Below are positions 61,798-64,000 of a stretch of DNA of 64,000 nucleotides, in pieces. Within the stretch, counting starts at the first letter, position 1. Every line of letters starts with the position of its first letter. This DNA is from Callorhinchus milii (taxonomy: Eukaryota). Under the pieces are notes generated by a model. The model worked only from the letters and a program-made list of their open reading frames with translations, was not told the DNA's origin and searched no databases. Location: positions 99,574,001-99,638,000 of the forward strand of contig NW_024704742.1 in NCBI RefSeq assembly GCF_018977255.1, in the 5' to 3' direction. The position numbers were made by a program, and so were the translations under genes.

Positions 61798-63149
61798 TTA
61801 GAATGCATTTGCTTTCTGACTGGCCAGCTTCCTGCTCAGGGCATATAGGCCCAACAGGACTGTGTGAGGTCAGGGGTGACCCCAGCAACCCCAGAAGTGA
61901 TTGCAAGCAGTCGAGATAGAACAGAGTTTCATTTTAAGGACTCCTGACTACTGTGTTATAATGAGGCTGCACTTCACTATTCATTTACATTGTAGAGCTG
62001 CCATTGATGTCAGCACTGCTATGGAAACACATCATGAAACACATCCTGCTTGAGATTTGGTGCATGAGTTACATCTTGAGCCATACCCTCAATAGTTTGT
62101 AGACTATGAGGGACCTATTTTTACAAAACAAAAGACAAATGCAAAGCAAGGAGTAAGACGTGGTTTAAGAATTTCCCACAATTTTCACGATTTCGGGGAT
62201 CTTGAATGTTAAGAGAAAACGGTCAACAGGCTAGGACTGGGCGGAATTTCAGGCCTCAGATTCTCAAATTCCCTATTCTGTTTAAATTAAAAAGGAGCTT
62301 CCTCATGGGTCTGCCAGACTCACTCACAGTTAAAGCCCAAGATTAACTAACACAAGACTTAGTTAATCACAACACAATACAAATTGAAATTCTCTTGACG
62401 TTTCACAGAAAGATCCACCACTAACACCATTCCCACTATGTAGACCCAGAAGTACATACAAATTAGATGTAACTGCAGATAACCACCTGTACCAATGTGG
62501 GTGGAGGTGGTCATTTCCTAATCGGTATTGTGTTCATGTTCTTTACTAGCGGTCATGTAAATGGAGAGAACATCTCGAGCAGATCAGCTCAATTGCATCA
62601 GACTGATCTGAGCTGAGTCTGTTGGGTAGTGTGGCTGATGGAAAGAACGCCTGTAATTGGTAACAGGTTGCTCAGGGAAATTCAAACCTTTTTTTCAACA
62701 AAGCCTTTATTTTTTTGCCAAATTATAAGTCAACGTTAAAACAGACTAATCAACTGGTTTGAAACGAAGGAGATAAAGATGGTAATATGAACAGGAGTGA
62801 CTGCATCATTAAATGGTTTAGGAGTTACTTCACCAATAAAGTATGCAATTGGACTCTGTTCAGTAGGCGGTGGAAGAGGAAAGTATCGGATTAAACCTGA
62901 TTTGGAATCTGTTCTAGCAAGATTATCTAATTATCTCAAACTAGTCTCTCCCTTCAAATCATATGAAAGCTTATCACTCTGTTCATTGAAATATAATTTT
63001 TTTATTTTAAACCCCCTCGTCATTGTGAATCCAGTTTAATGAAATGTGTGTGAATGGTTCTGGAATATGGGATTCTGGATAGACCTGGGATTTTCTTTTG
63101 AAATTGTGGGACATGATACTTATCTGATATGTAGGACGAAAGAAAGAAC

Positions 63150-63535
63150 AAATTTGCATTTTTGTACTGGTTTATCATGTCAAATTACATCAAAGCACTT
63201 CACAGTGATTACTGTCAAGTGCAGGGACTACTTTTATTTAGGCAAACTCAACAGCTATTTTGCCCACAGCAATGTCCCGTAAACAACTGTGAGGTGGATG
63301 ACCAATTGATCTGGAGGGTTATTGGGAAGGACGCCGGGAAAAACTCTCTTCTCTTTTACAATAGTATCTTGGGATAATTTATGTCCAACAGAAGCAGCAG
63401 TTGGAACCTAGGTTAAACATTTCATCTGAAGGGCAGCCGCCCCAACAATGCAACGGCAACCAAACTTAGACTAGGAGATCAATATGATCGCAACCTTCTG
63501 ACCCAGAGGCAAGAGTACTACTGACTGAGCCAAAC
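63150..63535 (-). mobile_element. Old Deu-domain SINE
   Basis: cacagcaatgtccc..aggacgccgggaaaaactc..tcatctgaagggcagc..aaccttctgacccagaggcaagagt..actgagcca. Confidence 0.72.
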
Positions 63536-64000
63536 TTGATGCACTGAAACCCATATGCATCTTATTAAATTCAATGAGTTAGGTTACTCTGAAAGTCAGT
63601 GGTTTGGTTAAAAGCACTGAGAAGCACTGAATTACAGAGTTGAATCCTGGTTTGCATTCTGCTTGCTGGTCTGAGCTCAGGCAGTGTTTGATCCTCTGGG
63701 GAGGGGGGATCTCGGGCAGGGTTCCCACTACTGATTGCTATGTGGTGACTTCTCATTTCTTTTCCAGCTTGTAATAAACAATGGTAGGAGCCAGTGAGCA
63801 ACCAATGGCTGAAGGCAACTGATCCAACTAAGCTCCACTATTCTTCAAACCTACTGGAAGGAGTTGTTTGGTGCAGTGAGCCCGTGCCCAACAGGCAGGA
63901 CATTTGCAGGGAGCGATTTAATACCTCCAAAAAATGGCTGCTGGTTTTATTTGTTGATTTTCAGATGAGATGCCAGCTATTAGTAAAATACAGGGATTAT

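Overview
Non-coding, repeat-rich vertebrate genomic DNA. I found no recognisable host protein-coding exon, rRNA, CRISPR or bona fide tRNA gene. The repeat mix (Deu-domain SINEs, CORE-SINEs, L2 and CR1 LINE relics, Penelope-type ends) suggests a cartilaginous fish; this is inference. Nearly all ORFs in the track are spurious, and the only protein-like ones are decayed L2/CR1 ORF2 fragments. The window opens with a ~900-bp G-rich polypurine tract. It then alternates between nested TE clusters and multi-kb blocks with no repeats I can recognise. Main findings: (1) three short, TSD-flanked Penelope-like insertions carry a minimal hammerhead ribozyme motif (CUGAnGA-stem II-GAAA), and two of them are folded back at the ribozyme; (2) a young mosaic SINE combines a tRNA-Ala cloverleaf head, a CORE domain, a Deu-SINE-type 3' half and an L2 stem-loop tail, in long and short subfamilies; (3) several L2-mobilised inserts have snap-back hairpins at their 5' ends, and one has a twin-priming-like inversion; (4) two local templated insertions sit inside old SINEs. 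Boundaries of old repeats are approximate, and family names come from recalled consensus motifs, not a database search.
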